A stretch of DNA of 64,000 nt from assembly GCA_034530875.2 (NCBI GenBank), contig JAVRCJ020000011.1, positions 64,001-128,000 of the forward strand, given 5' to 3'. The notes beneath the pieces were generated by a model, which saw only the letters and a program-made list of their open reading frames with translations, was not told the DNA's origin and searched no databases. Below, piece by piece: positions 48,652-59,786 of this stretch. A program made the position numbers and the translations under genes. The number at the start of each line of letters is the position of its first letter. Within the stretch, counting starts at the first letter, position 1. Source of the stretch: Nostoc sp. DedSLP01 (GTDB lineage Bacteria; Cyanobacteriota; Cyanobacteriia; Cyanobacteriales; Nostocaceae).

Positions 48652-49038
48652 ATGGCTCTGCAAGTATGTTCTGGCGCAACCCTCAAGTGTAGTTTTGGGC
48701 TGACACCAAGTTCGTTGGTAGTTCTGCCCGTCAATCGCGTGTTGACCGGTACGCCAGATGCGAACATTTTGGATAATAAACCAATGGTCAATATCATGCC
48801 TTTTGGTATGTGTTCGTCTTTAGCCAATCCAGCAGTTGCATCTGCCACAGCAGCAGCTTCCGGCGTATTGACGCCTATGCCTTGCGTGCCTGTTATTCCC
48901 GCACCTTGGGCACCCGGTTCGCCCACTGTGTTGATTGCTAACAGCCCAGCACTGAATAATACATCTAAATTGATGTGTGCGTGGGCGGGTGTGATTGAGG
49001 TAGTTTATCCCGGTCAATCAACTGTATTCATTCCCTAA
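48652..49038 (+). CDS. DUF4280 PAAR-like protein
   Basis: VCSGATLKCSFG, NIMPFGMCSS, PCVP, WAPG, SKLMCAWAGVI, PGQ; GGAGGAG SD. Confidence 0.92.
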   Translation: MALQVCSGATLKCSFGLTPSSLVVLPVNRVLTGTPDANILDNKPMVNIMPFGMCSSLANPAVASATAAASGVLTPMPCVPVIPAPWAPGSPTVLIANSPALNNTSKLMCAWAGVIEVVYPGQSTVFIP

Positions 49039-49076
49039 AAGAATTTTAGATCGTCTAAAGTTTTGGAATCGGTGAT

Positions 49077-49097
49077 AGCTACGGTGAGCTACGCTAA
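49077..49097. mobile_element. 21-nt SDR5-like insertion in a degenerate HIP1 site
   Basis: GTGAT[AGCTACGGTGAGCTACGCTAA]CGC. Confidence 0.65.
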
Positions 49098-49864
49098 CGC
49101 ACTTCATAAAGCGATCGCAATTTCAGAATATCTTGCCATTCTTGCTCTGTGAATGGTTGGGTGATTAACTCTATACCAAAATACTGTTTTGCTGTCTGTG
49201 TTAATGTATCCACAATCTTGACAATCAAGCTATCCTGTTCTTGTGTGCTACAAAAACAGGTATTCCAGGGAGCTGATTGTTCAAAGATTTCCTCAAATAA
49301 ACCTTTGTCTGTAGACAAAATCATCGAACCGTGTTGAAGAATACTATTTCTTCCTTTGCGTTGGGCGCTGCCAATAAATTTACTTCCGTCGGCAGTAACT
49401 AAGTCTGCCGCTGTTGCTGTGTTGAAGCAACTAGGATTATGAATGTAACCCCGTCCAGCACAACCATAATGTAATTCAATACCTAACTCTTGCCAACCTT
49501 GGATGAGAAAGTTACAGATGTTTTCATAAATACCCCAGCTTTTTGCACTACTCGCTGAAGTAATCAGAGCGTAGGTTAAGTCTCCTTGATGGAGAACAGC
49601 TCTACCTCCTGTTGGTCGGCGAACTAGATCGAGTTTCTGTCCCTGGTAAGTAAGATTATGCCACTGGGCAGGCCATTGTTTTTGCAGATATCCCAAGGAA
49701 AGCGCATAGGGAGACCAAGTATAAAAACGCAAGCTAGGCCGATGCTGACCGTTTTCGCATTGCTTGAACAACCAAGCATCGATCGCCATTTGTACTCCTC
49801 CTGATGCTTGAAGCATTGGAATCAAACGCCAGGTGGGTGGTGAGTTAGTCCCTAATTTTATCAT
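49094..49864 (-). CDS. Lipoate-protein ligase family protein
   Basis: QMAIDA, LRFYTW, RRPTGGRAVLH, KFIGSAQ, LQHGS. Confidence 0.93.
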   Translation of the reverse strand: MIKLGTNSPPTWRLIPMLQASGGVQMAIDAWLFKQCENGQHRPSLRFYTWSPYALSLGYLQKQWPAQWHNLTYQGQKLDLVRRPTGGRAVLHQGDLTYALITSASSAKSWGIYENICNFLIQGWQELGIELHYGCAGRGYIHNPSCFNTATAADLVTADGSKFIGSAQRKGRNSILQHGSMILSTDKGLFEEIFEQSAPWNTCFCSTQEQDSLIVKIVDTLTQTAKQYFGIELITQPFTEQEWQDILKLRSLYEVR

Positions 49865-50002
49865 AGGTTTCGGACTCTTTATCTTTGATGAATCAGTCCT
49901 GCTGTACCTGACTTACTTTCAATCTGCTGTAATTTGTGAATGTACAAATGTACAGTGACTTTTTATTTGTCGCTGTGCCAAATTAATGTAATTGAGGGTC
50001 TA

Positions 50003-50140
50003 ATATCAAGTTTGCATGATTAGTTATCATTGTATTTCTCGCATTACCCCTCCCTAACCCTCCCCAAGGCATCGGGGAAAGTGCGCGGTAGCGCGGGTGG
50101 GGTGTTTCGGGATTTATAAGTGATTAAGCGAACTTGATAT
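50003..50140. mobile_element. ATATCAAGTT-TIR element, longer copy
   Basis: Aligns end to end with 1749-1858, with extra central sequence. Confidence 0.8.
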
Positions 50141-50553
50141 AAAGCCTGAATTTTCTAGCATTCAACTTAGAAGCACCACGGGTAAATTACAGGCTGTACC
50201 AATACAAATTGTTGCAGGTCTAAGTGGGTAAGCCTTAGCTTGATGACAGAAATTTGTCTCAACGCCATTTAATTTGTCACTGTACAGCTTTTCACTCTCG
50301 AAGATTTCTCCAGAACTGCGATTTCCAGCACCTCTGTTCTAAATAGATTGCCTGAGATGTAATTTCTGTCTTTGAGTAGAAGATTTGTCATTATTTCCTG
50401 ATTAAACTCTACACAAAGATAGATTATTTGATACTAGCGAACAATTTATTTATTCAGGCGTGCAACTATAAGAATAATAGATGCCAAAAGCTATTTGGTA
50501 AATTTTCTGGAATAAATTTTAACTTAATTTATAAGTGCGGGGGTACAAATACC

Positions 50554-52479
50554 GTGTCTTCGTCTAACACTATTGTCGAGCGCCACTCAGAAACTCGGGA
50601 AGCATCTAATTTCGAGTTTTTAAAAGAAGCAAGTCATGTAGCTGGTGTGACTTTGTTATCAATTACGATGCTGGCAAGTTCTGTTCTTGCTGGAGGACTG
50701 GTTGGTTTAGCGATTAGTTTTCGTAATTTACCAGATGTCAGACAACTAAAGAATTTCTTCCCAGAAGAAACAACTTATATCTATGACATGAAAGGTAAAC
50801 TTTTAGCAGGTATACATGGAGAAGCCAATAGAAAGCTTGTACCGCTAGACCAAATTTCCCCTTCTTTAAAACGAGCAGTATTAGCAAGTGAAGATAGTCA
50901 CTTCTACAACCACCACGGTATTAATCCCACTGCTGTTGGACGTGCTGCGTTAGTCAACTGGACAGCAGGTGGTGTCCGGGAAGGGGGTTCTACAATCACC
51001 ATGCAGTTGGTGAAAAATATATTTCTATCTAAGAAGCGTGCTTTTACTCGAAAAATCGCAGAAGCGGTACTAGCAATTCGGTTAGAGCAAATTCTTAATA
51101 AAGACCAAATTTTAGAAATGTACCTCAATCAAGTGTACTGGGGTCACAATAACTATGGCGTACAAACCGCAGCCAGAACTTACTTTGACAAATCAGCAGC
51201 AAATTTAACTCTGGGCGAATCTGCAATGATGGCGGGTTTAATCCAAGCGCCGGAAGAATTTAGCCCGTTTGTCAATATGAACTTGGCAAAACAAAAACAA
51301 AAAGAAGTGCTGGGACGGATGCTAGAACTGAAATGGATTAGCCAGCAAGAATATAATGATGCTCTCAAACAAAAAATCAAACTTGGCAAAATCAGGTCAT
51401 TTCAAGGTAGCGCCCTTCCTTATGTCACCAATACCGTAGCCCACGAAATAATTAAAAAGTTTGGGCGTGATGCTTTGCTCAAAGGAGGAATGCGGGTACA
51501 AACTTCAGTAGATGCCAACTTCCAACTCATGGCAGAAGAAACTATTAAAAAGTGGCATAAACTTCTTGAAGGGCAAGGATTGCGCCAAAATCAAATGGCT
51601 TTAGTAGCTATAGATCCCCGCACGCACTTTATCAAAGCCTTAGTCGGTGGCATAGATTCAAAATCTAGCGAATTTAACCGGGCAACTCAAGCGCAGCGTC
51701 AACCTGGATCTTCTTTTAAGCCATTTGTGTACTACACTGCCTTTGCTACTGGTAAGTTTACACCAAATACAACGGTAGTCGATGCTCCAGTTAGCTATAG
51801 AGATGGTGATGGTTGGTACTATCCACGGAACTACGATGGTGGTTTTATGGGAGCAATGCCGATTCGTACTGCTTTAGCATTGTCTCGGAATGTGCCTGCG
51901 GTTAAGATTGGCAAAGCTGTTGGTATGAATAGAGTCATCGACACCTGCCATACTTTGGGAATTAACAGTCCAATGGTTGCTGTCAGTTCTTTACCATTAG
52001 GCGCAATTGGTGTGACACCACTGGAAATGGCTAGTGCCTATGCCACCTTTGCTAATTATGGTTGGCAATCACCGCCAACAGCTATTGTTCGTATTACTGA
52101 TAGTAGTGGGAATATTTTATTAGACAATACTCCTAGACCTCAGCTAGTTCTTGACCCTTGGGCATCAGCCGCATTGTTAGATGTGATGCAATCGGTAGTT
52201 AAAGAAGGAACTGGTAAAGGCGCCGCACTAGATAGGCCAGTTGCTGGGAAAACCGGTACAACTTCTTCCGAAAAGGATATTTGGTTTATTGGTTCTGTGC
52301 CGCAGTTAACAACTGCTATTTGGGTAGGAAGAGATGATAACAAACAATTAGCCAGTGGTGCCACAGGTGGAGGTATGGTTACTCCCGTCTGGCGCGATTT
52401 TATGCAGAAGGCGCTTAAGGATGTACCAGTGATGAAATTTAAACCGCCTTCTGAATTTCCTCGACCTAAGCCAGGTTAA
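50554..52479 (+). CDS. Class A penicillin-binding protein (transglycosylase-transpeptidase)
   Basis: EDSHFYNHHG, GGSTITMQL, RKIAE, SSFK, SRN, KTGT; start uncertain (GTG 50554 vs TTG 50428). Confidence 0.95.
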   Translation: MSSSNTIVERHSETREASNFEFLKEASHVAGVTLLSITMLASSVLAGGLVGLAISFRNLPDVRQLKNFFPEETTYIYDMKGKLLAGIHGEANRKLVPLDQISPSLKRAVLASEDSHFYNHHGINPTAVGRAALVNWTAGGVREGGSTITMQLVKNIFLSKKRAFTRKIAEAVLAIRLEQILNKDQILEMYLNQVYWGHNNYGVQTAARTYFDKSAANLTLGESAMMAGLIQAPEEFSPFVNMNLAKQKQKEVLGRMLELKWISQQEYNDALKQKIKLGKIRSFQGSALPYVTNTVAHEIIKKFGRDALLKGGMRVQTSVDANFQLMAEETIKKWHKLLEGQGLRQNQMALVAIDPRTHFIKALVGGIDSKSSEFNRATQAQRQPGSSFKPFVYYTAFATGKFTPNTTVVDAPVSYRDGDGWYYPRNYDGGFMGAMPIRTALALSRNVPAVKIGKAVGMNRVIDTCHTLGINSPMVAVSSLPLGAIGVTPLEMASAYATFANYGWQSPPTAIVRITDSSGNILLDNTPRPQLVLDPWASAALLDVMQSVVKEGTGKGAALDRPVAGKTGTTSSEKDIWFIGSVPQLTTAIWVGRDDNKQLASGATGGGMVTPVWRDFMQKALKDVPVMKFKPPSEFPRPKPG

Positions 52480-52514
52480 AATATTGGGGTTCCCTACACC
52501 CCACACCCTACCCC

Positions 52515-53510
52515 CTACACCCTTGTTGCTGGCATGGATTGCAGGAGTTCTTCTAAACGGTTGAGAGTCTGGCGCAGCCCTACCTCCATACCCGAATTGA
52601 GATGACCATCCCGATGCTCTTTAGATTGGTGTTGGATATGGATATGTAGCTTTGTTTTCCCATCTTGTTCGGTCAGCGTTAGCGTGTTCAGGTGGTCGCT
52701 GTTAGGAACTGGTTCGTAGCGTTCGGTGGACACCAATCGTTCTGGTGGCACAATCTCACGATACTCTCCTGAGAATCCGTAGTCATTGCCGTTGCTGGAG
52801 TCATGCAAGACATAGCGCCAAATGCCGCCAACACGCAGGTCGATTTCGCAAACGGTCATCGTCATGCTGGTACAACCCCCAAACCACTGCTTTACGTGTT
52901 CGGGCTGAGTCCATGCCTCAAAGACGAGTCGGCGCGGGGCATTGAAGACGCGAGTAATAACGATTTCCCGGTCTGATGGCAACGTCAATGTAAAACCATT
53001 GTGCTGCTGTTCGATTTGCCGGGCCAGGAATTCGTCGAGACAATCGAAACTGGAGTTCCACCCTGCAACAACCCCCATCTCTTCGTGCTTGCGGCGATCT
53101 TCAGCAGATGCGTGAACAATCTCAAGAGTAAGTTTAGTCTTACCGTTGAGATCCTCAAATATTGCTGTCACTACAATTCCCTGTGGCAAATCTGCGTTGA
53201 TGACTTTCTCAAAGCCTTCGTCAAATTCATCGGTGGTGACAATTCGTTCTGGTGGCACGATTTCGCGGAAAACGCCTTTAGCGGGGTACTCTGTACCATC
53301 TGGACTAATCATAACGTAACGCCATCGCCCACCCAGACGGAAATCTAGTTCTGTCACACGAGTTGTAAAGCCTTTTGGCCCCCACCATTGGGCGATGTGG
53401 TTTGGCTGTGTCCATGCCTCAAACACTAGTTCTCGCGGTGCGTTGAAGATACGGGTAATGACGATCTGGCGTTCGGACTGAGTGGAAGTGGAGTCATTTT
53501 GTTCCAACAT
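52515..53510 (-). CDS. Tandem SRPBCC/AHSA1-domain protein
   Basis: Two copies of IVITRxFNAPRxLVFEAWTQPxH...REIVPPER. Confidence 0.92.
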   Translation of the reverse strand: MLEQNDSTSTQSERQIVITRIFNAPRELVFEAWTQPNHIAQWWGPKGFTTRVTELDFRLGGRWRYVMISPDGTEYPAKGVFREIVPPERIVTTDEFDEGFEKVINADLPQGIVVTAIFEDLNGKTKLTLEIVHASAEDRRKHEEMGVVAGWNSSFDCLDEFLARQIEQQHNGFTLTLPSDREIVITRVFNAPRRLVFEAWTQPEHVKQWFGGCTSMTMTVCEIDLRVGGIWRYVLHDSSNGNDYGFSGEYREIVPPERLVSTERYEPVPNSDHLNTLTLTEQDGKTKLHIHIQHQSKEHRDGHLNSGMEVGLRQTLNRLEELLQSMPATRV

Positions 53511-53544
53511 CTTGATTTCTCCTGAAGAATGGAACGATCGCAAG

Positions 53545-53895
53545 TTATGAATCGCGATCGCGTTTCTTTTCCTCTGCTTGCAATTGCTGTAGATACTCGT
53601 CCAGACGATCTAAATTCTGTTCCCAGAACTGGCGATATTGCTCGATCCAGTCTGCTGCGTTTTTAAGTGGTTCTGCTTCTAGCCGACAAGGCCGCCACTG
53701 AGCCTCTCGACCCCGTGCGATCAATCCAGCACGCTCTAGCACCTTGAGATGTTTGGAAATGGCAGGCAAGCTCATCTTAAAAGGTTGGGCTAGCTCGGTT
53801 ACTGATGCTTCGCCTTTAGCAAGATGAGCCAAGATTGCCCGCCGAGTAGGATCGGCAAGGGCGGCAAAGGTGATGCTCAATCGATCGGTGGACAT
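53545..53895 (-). CDS. ArsR/SmtB family regulator
   Basis: FAALADPTRRAIL, SLPAISKHLKVLERAGL. Confidence 0.95.
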   Translation of the reverse strand: MSTDRLSITFAALADPTRRAILAHLAKGEASVTELAQPFKMSLPAISKHLKVLERAGLIARGREAQWRPCRLEAEPLKNAADWIEQYRQFWEQNLDRLDEYLQQLQAEEKKRDRDS

Positions 53896-53908
53896 TAAGA
53901 TTGGACGT

Positions 53909-53944
53909 ATTTAACCGCGCAGTTAATTAACTACTAGGTTAAAT
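53909..53944. promoter_or_regulatory. Probable ArsR autoregulatory operator (double site)
   Basis: ATTTAACC-gcgca-GTTAATTAAC-tacta-GGTTAAAT dyad just upstream of arsR. Confidence 0.65.
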
Positions 53945-53970
53945 GTACTAGTCAAGAATGTCAAGGGTGA

Positions 53971-54100
53971 ATTAGTCATTGGTCATTGGTCATTAGTCAT
54001 TAGTCATTGGTCATTGGTCATTGGTCATTAGTCATTAGTCATTAATTATTCTCCCCTGCCCCCTCTGCTCCCTCTGCTCCCTCTGCCCCTCTGCCTCCCC
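53971..54100. repeat. STRR arrays (TTAGTCA/TTGGTCA then CCCTCTGCT)
   Basis: Tandem 7- and 9-mers. Confidence 0.9.
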
Positions 54101-54116
54101 TACGGGTTCGCAAGGC

Positions 54117-54605
54117 TTACTTACACAGCGCCATCGTCAGCAATGCAGCTGACCCAAAGGCTGCTATTGTGCGGACATGGTTCCAGAACGTCCATTGTGT
54201 GAGATATCTAGTCCATAGATTTGCGCCCTCAGGACTATCTGGTTTGGCGATCGCTAGGGCATCATTCAGCGGCACATTGAAGGCGATGGTTACAAGAACG
54301 GTGCCAACGAGATAGAGCAAGCTACCAAAGAGCAAGTAGGCTGCACTAGGTTGATGCCACTTTGATAGCGAGGCGATAGCTATAAACAGGCAAGCTAAAG
54401 CCGTTCCAAACAGCGCTACCATAAACAACGGATTAATCGCTGTGATATTAATTGATTGCATAGCGACAATGCCTTCTCTCGGCTCAATTCGAGCAAGAGC
54501 GCTCATTACAAAAGTCGAGAAAGCGAAGAAGACTCCCGCCACTAGTCCGCAGCCCAAGGCAGCGAAAAGTTTTAATGCAAAAGGCAAGTGGTCAAAAGTT
54601 GCCAT
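54117..54605 (-). CDS. DUF1772 / anthrone oxygenase family membrane protein
   Basis: GLVAGVFFAFS..VM.AL, MQSIN, NVPLN, WxxWNHVRT. Confidence 0.9.
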   Translation of the reverse strand: MATFDHLPFALKLFAALGCGLVAGVFFAFSTFVMSALARIEPREGIVAMQSINITAINPLFMVALFGTALACLFIAIASLSKWHQPSAAYLLFGSLLYLVGTVLVTIAFNVPLNDALAIAKPDSPEGANLWTRYLTQWTFWNHVRTIAAFGSAALLTMALCK

Positions 54606-55123
54606 AAACCCTCCTACAAATGCATTCCCTTTAGCTTAAGACAACTATTGATTGCGAGCTATCTAAAATTTTGGGCGTTGCTCAATTAAGGAATGATTTA
54701 GCAATTGATAAAATTCTTCCCCTGCCTCCTGACTTGAAAAAGGGTGTAGGGTATGGGGTGTAGGGTGTAGTGAATATTCCTTTTTCATGTATGGCTATGA
54801 AATTTTTTCATTGGGACTGCCTCCTAGCTTGAAAAAGCAGGGGAAGAAAGACACTTTCATTCAAGGCTTGTGAAACTTGTTTCATTGGGACTGCCTCCTA
54901 CCTCCTACCCTGTGCCTTTTTCTGTAATTTTGATAACTATTGCAACTGAGTACTCATGATTTTTGTGAATAACACTCCGATGGATAGAAGAGACAGTTAA
55001 TAGAGTATGCAACATTACAATCAGCACGGGACAAAGAACAAAATTTAGAGATTAGGGCATTTAAAACTTGAAAGACAACTAATTTCATGTGAGCAAGAGT
55101 ATGCAGCAGGATAATAATGACCA

Positions 55124-56413
55124 ATGAGCAAAAGAGTAATTGTAGTTGGGGCTGGGTTGGCAGGGCTGACGGCTGCTTATGAACTGACTCGCGCTGGTTT
55201 TGATGTGCAAGTGTTTGAAGCGCGCGAGCGAGTTGGAGGGCGAGTCCAAACGGTCTTGTTTGGCGAACAACAGTATGGCGAATTGGGTGCAGAGTTTGTT
55301 GATGATAATCATACAGCGTTGCTATCTTATGCTGCTCAATTCAACCTCACGCTTGAGCCTGCCTTCAAGTTTCCAGACGACCTCTGTTATTACATTGATG
55401 GTAATTTCTCTACTCAAAAAACCCTGACTACTCAACAGCAAGCTGCCTTAGGGGATGCGTATGAGCAGTTAGACCAATTATTAGAGCAGCTTGCCGATCC
55501 TCCCCAAACATTAGCTCAGTGGCTGAGCGCACATTCCATTGCTCCCTTTGCCTGCAAAGTTGTTCGTCAGCAATCCTATGGACTGTATGCAGCAGATCCA
55601 GAGGCGATTGGAGTTGGCTTTTTTGCTTACAGTGGTACTTCTAGCGATCGCAATTTGCGAATTCGTGGTGGTAGTAGTCAACTTGCAACCGCATTTGCTC
55701 GTTGTTTAGGCGATCGCATCCATACAAACACCCCAGTTGTGCGAATTCAGCAGCAAGAAGAAACTATTGCCGTGAGTCTAAAAACTCTTGACGGACAAGT
55801 TGAAGTATTTAGCGACTGGATTGTTGTCACAATTCCCTGGAGTGTCTTGCGCCATTTGTCTGTTGAAGTTCCACTGACACAAGTACAACGAAAAGCGATC
55901 GCTAACTTGCCTTATGGAGTATCCATTAAGACCTTACTCCAATACTCCAACCGTTTTTGGCAGCAACCCAGTTTCAGGCTGCTTGTCACAGACAGACCTT
56001 ATCAAACTGTTTGGGAATCTACTTTAACTCAACCAGGTGAAGCCGGAATTCTTGCTTTTACCAGTAGCGGAACGCCTAGCCGCAACTTAGTTGGACAATG
56101 TGTTGAGTTAGCACAACAAACAGTATCCGATCTGTATGTAAATGCTCCCAAAGCGATCGCACAAAACGCAGCACCAAAGGCGATCGCAACTGCAACTCAT
56201 GACTGGAGTACCGATCCCTGGTCGCAAGGATCTTACTGCTACTTTGCTCCTGCTGATTTGAAAACCTGGCGTTCTGACTTCTCGTACTCTACTGGAAGAT
56301 TCATTTTGGCAGGAGAACATACTGCTCCCCTTGAATATTGTGGCTATATGGAGGGAGCCATTCGCAGTGGACAACGAGCAGCACAGCAAATTTTAGCTTT
56401 TGCTATTAGATGA
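55124..56413 (+). CDS. Flavin monoamine oxidase family protein
   Basis: VVGAGLAGL, EARERVGGR, ELGAE, DPWSQGSY, LAGEHT, GYMEGAIRSG. Confidence 0.93.
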   Translation: MSKRVIVVGAGLAGLTAAYELTRAGFDVQVFEARERVGGRVQTVLFGEQQYGELGAEFVDDNHTALLSYAAQFNLTLEPAFKFPDDLCYYIDGNFSTQKTLTTQQQAALGDAYEQLDQLLEQLADPPQTLAQWLSAHSIAPFACKVVRQQSYGLYAADPEAIGVGFFAYSGTSSDRNLRIRGGSSQLATAFARCLGDRIHTNTPVVRIQQQEETIAVSLKTLDGQVEVFSDWIVVTIPWSVLRHLSVEVPLTQVQRKAIANLPYGVSIKTLLQYSNRFWQQPSFRLLVTDRPYQTVWESTLTQPGEAGILAFTSSGTPSRNLVGQCVELAQQTVSDLYVNAPKAIAQNAAPKAIATATHDWSTDPWSQGSYCYFAPADLKTWRSDFSYSTGRFILAGEHTAPLEYCGYMEGAIRSGQRAAQQILAFAIR

Positions 56414-56830
56414 AATGCAAATTTTCCTACTTTTTTACTACTCATTAAAGTCATTTTAACCAGATATTATTTAACGAAAAAACAGTAAATTATCATATTG
56501 CGGGTATTAGTAAGACAGGTTCGGTTAGATAGTAATTTTATTTTTGTAACTCTTCTTGATAGCAATTTGAAAAAAGAATGCAAAAAATACAGCGCTGACA
56601 TCGGTTTTACGTTAAGTTGACACCAATGCACGTACAGGCGATCGATGTGTTGCAAAAATTCTTATAATTTACAAATTCTAACGCCCAGAACAAGGTTCTG
56701 GGCGTTAGAAGTTGATGTTATCGAAACGATCGAGTCAAAAACCGTACTTTGTCCAAAGTTTTTGGAATGGGGTATAAATCCTCGTTACAAAAACGGCCTC
56801 CTGCCTCCTGCCCTCTGCCTCCTGCCTTCG

Positions 56831-59572
56831 TTAAGTCAAGTCTTTCCCAGAATTTTGAATTAATTCACTTACTAAACCCGTCCAACCTGTTTGATGGCTA
56901 GCACCAATACCTGCACCAATATCGCCATGAAAATATTCATAGAACAGAATAAAATCGCGCCAATGTGGGTCGTTTTGAAATTTGTCTGAGCCGCCATAAA
57001 CAGGGCGCTTGCCAGTTCTTGGGTCTTTTTGGAAAATTTTGATTAGCCTGCGGCTTAATTCGTGTGCTACTTCTTTAAGATTCATCAGTTTCTTTTCACC
57101 CGAAGAAGTAGGGCACTCAACTTTGAAATTATCTCCCCAAAACTCATGATACTTGAACAAAGATTCAATCAGAAGATAATTCACAGGGAACCAAATCGGG
57201 CCGCGCCAATTAGAATTACCACCAAACATTCCATATTTTGATTCTGCTGGTTCGTATTCCACCCGATACTCTTGTCCGTTTGCCCGTAACACATAAGGAC
57301 GATCCTTATGATATTTTGACAAAGCTCGGATACCATAATCGCTCAAAAATTCTGCTTCATTCAGCAGACGGCTCAAAATCGCTTTGAGTCGGTCTTGATT
57401 TACCAACGACAAATAAAGTCCTTTATCGTTAGGGATTAGGGAAATATTATTGTGTTTGGTAAGTTGGGGGCGATTGTTAACAAACCAAAGAACTCGTTTT
57501 TTGAAATCAGAAGATAAATATTTATTGACAAGTTCTTGCTCGATTGTTTCTATAGCAAAAAGCGGAATTAACCCTACCATTGACCGCACTTTCATTAACA
57601 GTACGCCTTCATTATTTGCACCTTCAACTACACCAGGAGGAGCTTTGAGAATATCATAGTAAAATTGGTCTTGGTCATCCCAGATATCTACACCCGTACC
57701 GCCTACTTTATTCATTGCGTCAGCGATGAGTAGGAAATGTTGGAAATATTTAGATGCCATATCTTCATACTTCTTATCGTCATCTCCTTTTGCAAGTTCT
57801 GTAGCTATTCTGAGCAAATTGAGACAATACATTCCCATCCAACTAGTACCATCAGATTGCTCTATGATGGCGTTGGGAATCTGAATGTTACTTCTATCTA
57901 AAACCCCAATATTGTCTAATCCTAAAAATCCACCTTGGAAAAGGTTGTTGCCTTCAAAGTCTTTACGATTTACCCACCAGGTAAAATAAAGAGATAACTT
58001 TTGGAAGATTTCTTCCAAAAAGTCTCTATCAGCCTTGCCATACAATTGCTTTTCTATGTTGTAAACGCGCCATGCAGCCCAAGCATGAACGGGTGGATTT
58101 ACATCGCCAAATGCCCACTCATAAGCCGGTATTTGACCGTTGGGGTGCATATACCATTCGCGGGTAAATAGATACAATTGCTTTTTAGCAAATTCTGGAT
58201 CGATTAGTGCCAAGGTAACGGTATGAAAGGCTAAATCCCAAGCAGCAAACCAAGGATATTCCCACTTATCAGGCATGGAAATAATATCTTCATTAAATAA
58301 ATGATCCCACTCACGGTTTCTGCCATATTTGCGTTGTTCTGGCGGCTTTGGCGGATTGGGATCGCCATTAAGCCAATCGTATACTACGTAGTGATAATAT
58401 TGTTTGCTCCACAACATACCGGCAAAGCTTTGTCTTTGGATATTTCGCAAATCGTCAGAAATATCAAGAGGACAAACAGCTTTATAAAATTCATCAGCTT
58501 CCTGCTGGCGAGTTTGAAATACAGTTTCAAAATCATTACCAAAGGGAGAATCTAAATTTGTATCGCTCAACCTGAGTTTAATGACTTTGGTTTCTCCGGG
58601 ATTAATTGTCAAGTCGTAATGAGCTGCGGCTTTTGTGCCTTTTTGAGTGGGATTTACTGTTTTTTTAGTTCCGTAAGAAATGATGTAATCATTGATGCCA
58701 TCTTTAACGTAGTCAGTATTCTGACCCCATCCAAATCGTTGCTTGTTTGTTTCGTTTTCTGTAAACAGAAGTTCTTTTGCAGCTTCGCTATAAAGCCATC
58801 CTGTGCGTGCATTTTTAACTTCATCATTGTCTTGATAACCAACTTCTATGATGCTTAGATTGGGGTCAGATTTAATAGCTTGCAGGTATTTACCTTCTTT
58901 TGTTTGACCTTCATAACCCCAAGACCAAGTATTGCGAAACCAAATTGTTGGTAAAAGATGTAGTTTAGCTGTTTCTGGGCCTCGGTTAGCAACACTAATT
59001 TTGATGTGAATATCTTCTGGAGAATTTTTAGCGTACTCTACAAAAACATCAAAGTAACGATTATCATCAAAGACTCCTGTATCTATGAGTTCGTATTCAA
59101 AAGCTCCAGAATTGGTTGATTTCCGATTTGCATTTTCCTGAATTAACTGGCTGTAGGGGAAAGGTCTTTGCGGATATTTGTAAAGAAATTTCATGTAGGA
59201 ATGCGTGGGGGTGTTGTCAAGATAAAAATAATATTCTTTGACATCTTCCCCGTGATTACCTTCACTGTTGGTTAAACCAAATAGCCTTTCTTTGAGAATT
59301 GGATCTTTTTCATTCCAAAGGGCGATCGCAAAACAAATATGTTGGTGAGTATCGCTAATTCCAGCAATTCCATCTTCACCCCAACGATAGGTACGGGAAC
59401 GAGCTTGGTCGTGGGAAAAATATTCCCAAGCATTACCACCAGTACTGTAGTCTTCTCGTACTGTTCCCCACTGGCGATCGCTCACATAAGAACCCCACCG
59501 CTTCCAATATTCCTTTTTGGCAGTGTCTGCTACTAATCTTTTTCCTTCTGCTGTGTCTAGAATATTTGCCAT
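56831..59572 (-). CDS. GH63 / MGH1-like glucosidase
   Basis: [53 protein letters not shown]; start at ATG 59572 preferred. Confidence 0.92.
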   Translation of the reverse strand: MANILDTAEGKRLVADTAKKEYWKRWGSYVSDRQWGTVREDYSTGGNAWEYFSHDQARSRTYRWGEDGIAGISDTHQHICFAIALWNEKDPILKERLFGLTNSEGNHGEDVKEYYFYLDNTPTHSYMKFLYKYPQRPFPYSQLIQENANRKSTNSGAFEYELIDTGVFDDNRYFDVFVEYAKNSPEDIHIKISVANRGPETAKLHLLPTIWFRNTWSWGYEGQTKEGKYLQAIKSDPNLSIIEVGYQDNDEVKNARTGWLYSEAAKELLFTENETNKQRFGWGQNTDYVKDGINDYIISYGTKKTVNPTQKGTKAAAHYDLTINPGETKVIKLRLSDTNLDSPFGNDFETVFQTRQQEADEFYKAVCPLDISDDLRNIQRQSFAGMLWSKQYYHYVVYDWLNGDPNPPKPPEQRKYGRNREWDHLFNEDIISMPDKWEYPWFAAWDLAFHTVTLALIDPEFAKKQLYLFTREWYMHPNGQIPAYEWAFGDVNPPVHAWAAWRVYNIEKQLYGKADRDFLEEIFQKLSLYFTWWVNRKDFEGNNLFQGGFLGLDNIGVLDRSNIQIPNAIIEQSDGTSWMGMYCLNLLRIATELAKGDDDKKYEDMASKYFQHFLLIADAMNKVGGTGVDIWDDQDQFYYDILKAPPGVVEGANNEGVLLMKVRSMVGLIPLFAIETIEQELVNKYLSSDFKKRVLWFVNNRPQLTKHNNISLIPNDKGLYLSLVNQDRLKAILSRLLNEAEFLSDYGIRALSKYHKDRPYVLRANGQEYRVEYEPAESKYGMFGGNSNWRGPIWFPVNYLLIESLFKYHEFWGDNFKVECPTSSGEKKLMNLKEVAHELSRRLIKIFQKDPRTGKRPVYGGSDKFQNDPHWRDFILFYEYFHGDIGAGIGASHQTGWTGLVSELIQNSGKDLT

Positions 59573-59633
59573 TTTTCCTTTCCTTTGATGATGTTTGCGA
59601 TGATTAATTGGCAATAGTTAATCAACTAACCTA

Positions 59634-59735
59634 ATACCAATTCAATAAATTATTGCAACATATACTTGGTTAAAGACGCGATGAATCGCGTCTCTACAAA
59701 TGGTCTATTTGTCGCATTGTTTTTGAAATTGGTAT
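59634..59735. mobile_element. 102-bp ATACC...GGTAT element
   Basis: Homologous to 1962-2063; core AGACGCGATGAATCGCGTCT. Confidence 0.7.
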
Positions 59736-59786
59736 CATATTACTTCTGCCGTTAATAAAATTTCTCCCTCTGCTCCCCTGCCTTCT

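Noticed and set aside
54722..54905. Possible mini CRISPR array
   Set aside because: Shared segments are short and STRR-linked, spacing is about 85-95 bp, there are only two units and no cas genes.
55005..55018. GTA-N8-TAC upstream of the amine oxidase
   Set aside because: No -10 element at the expected spacing; the bare motif is common by chance in AT-rich DNA.
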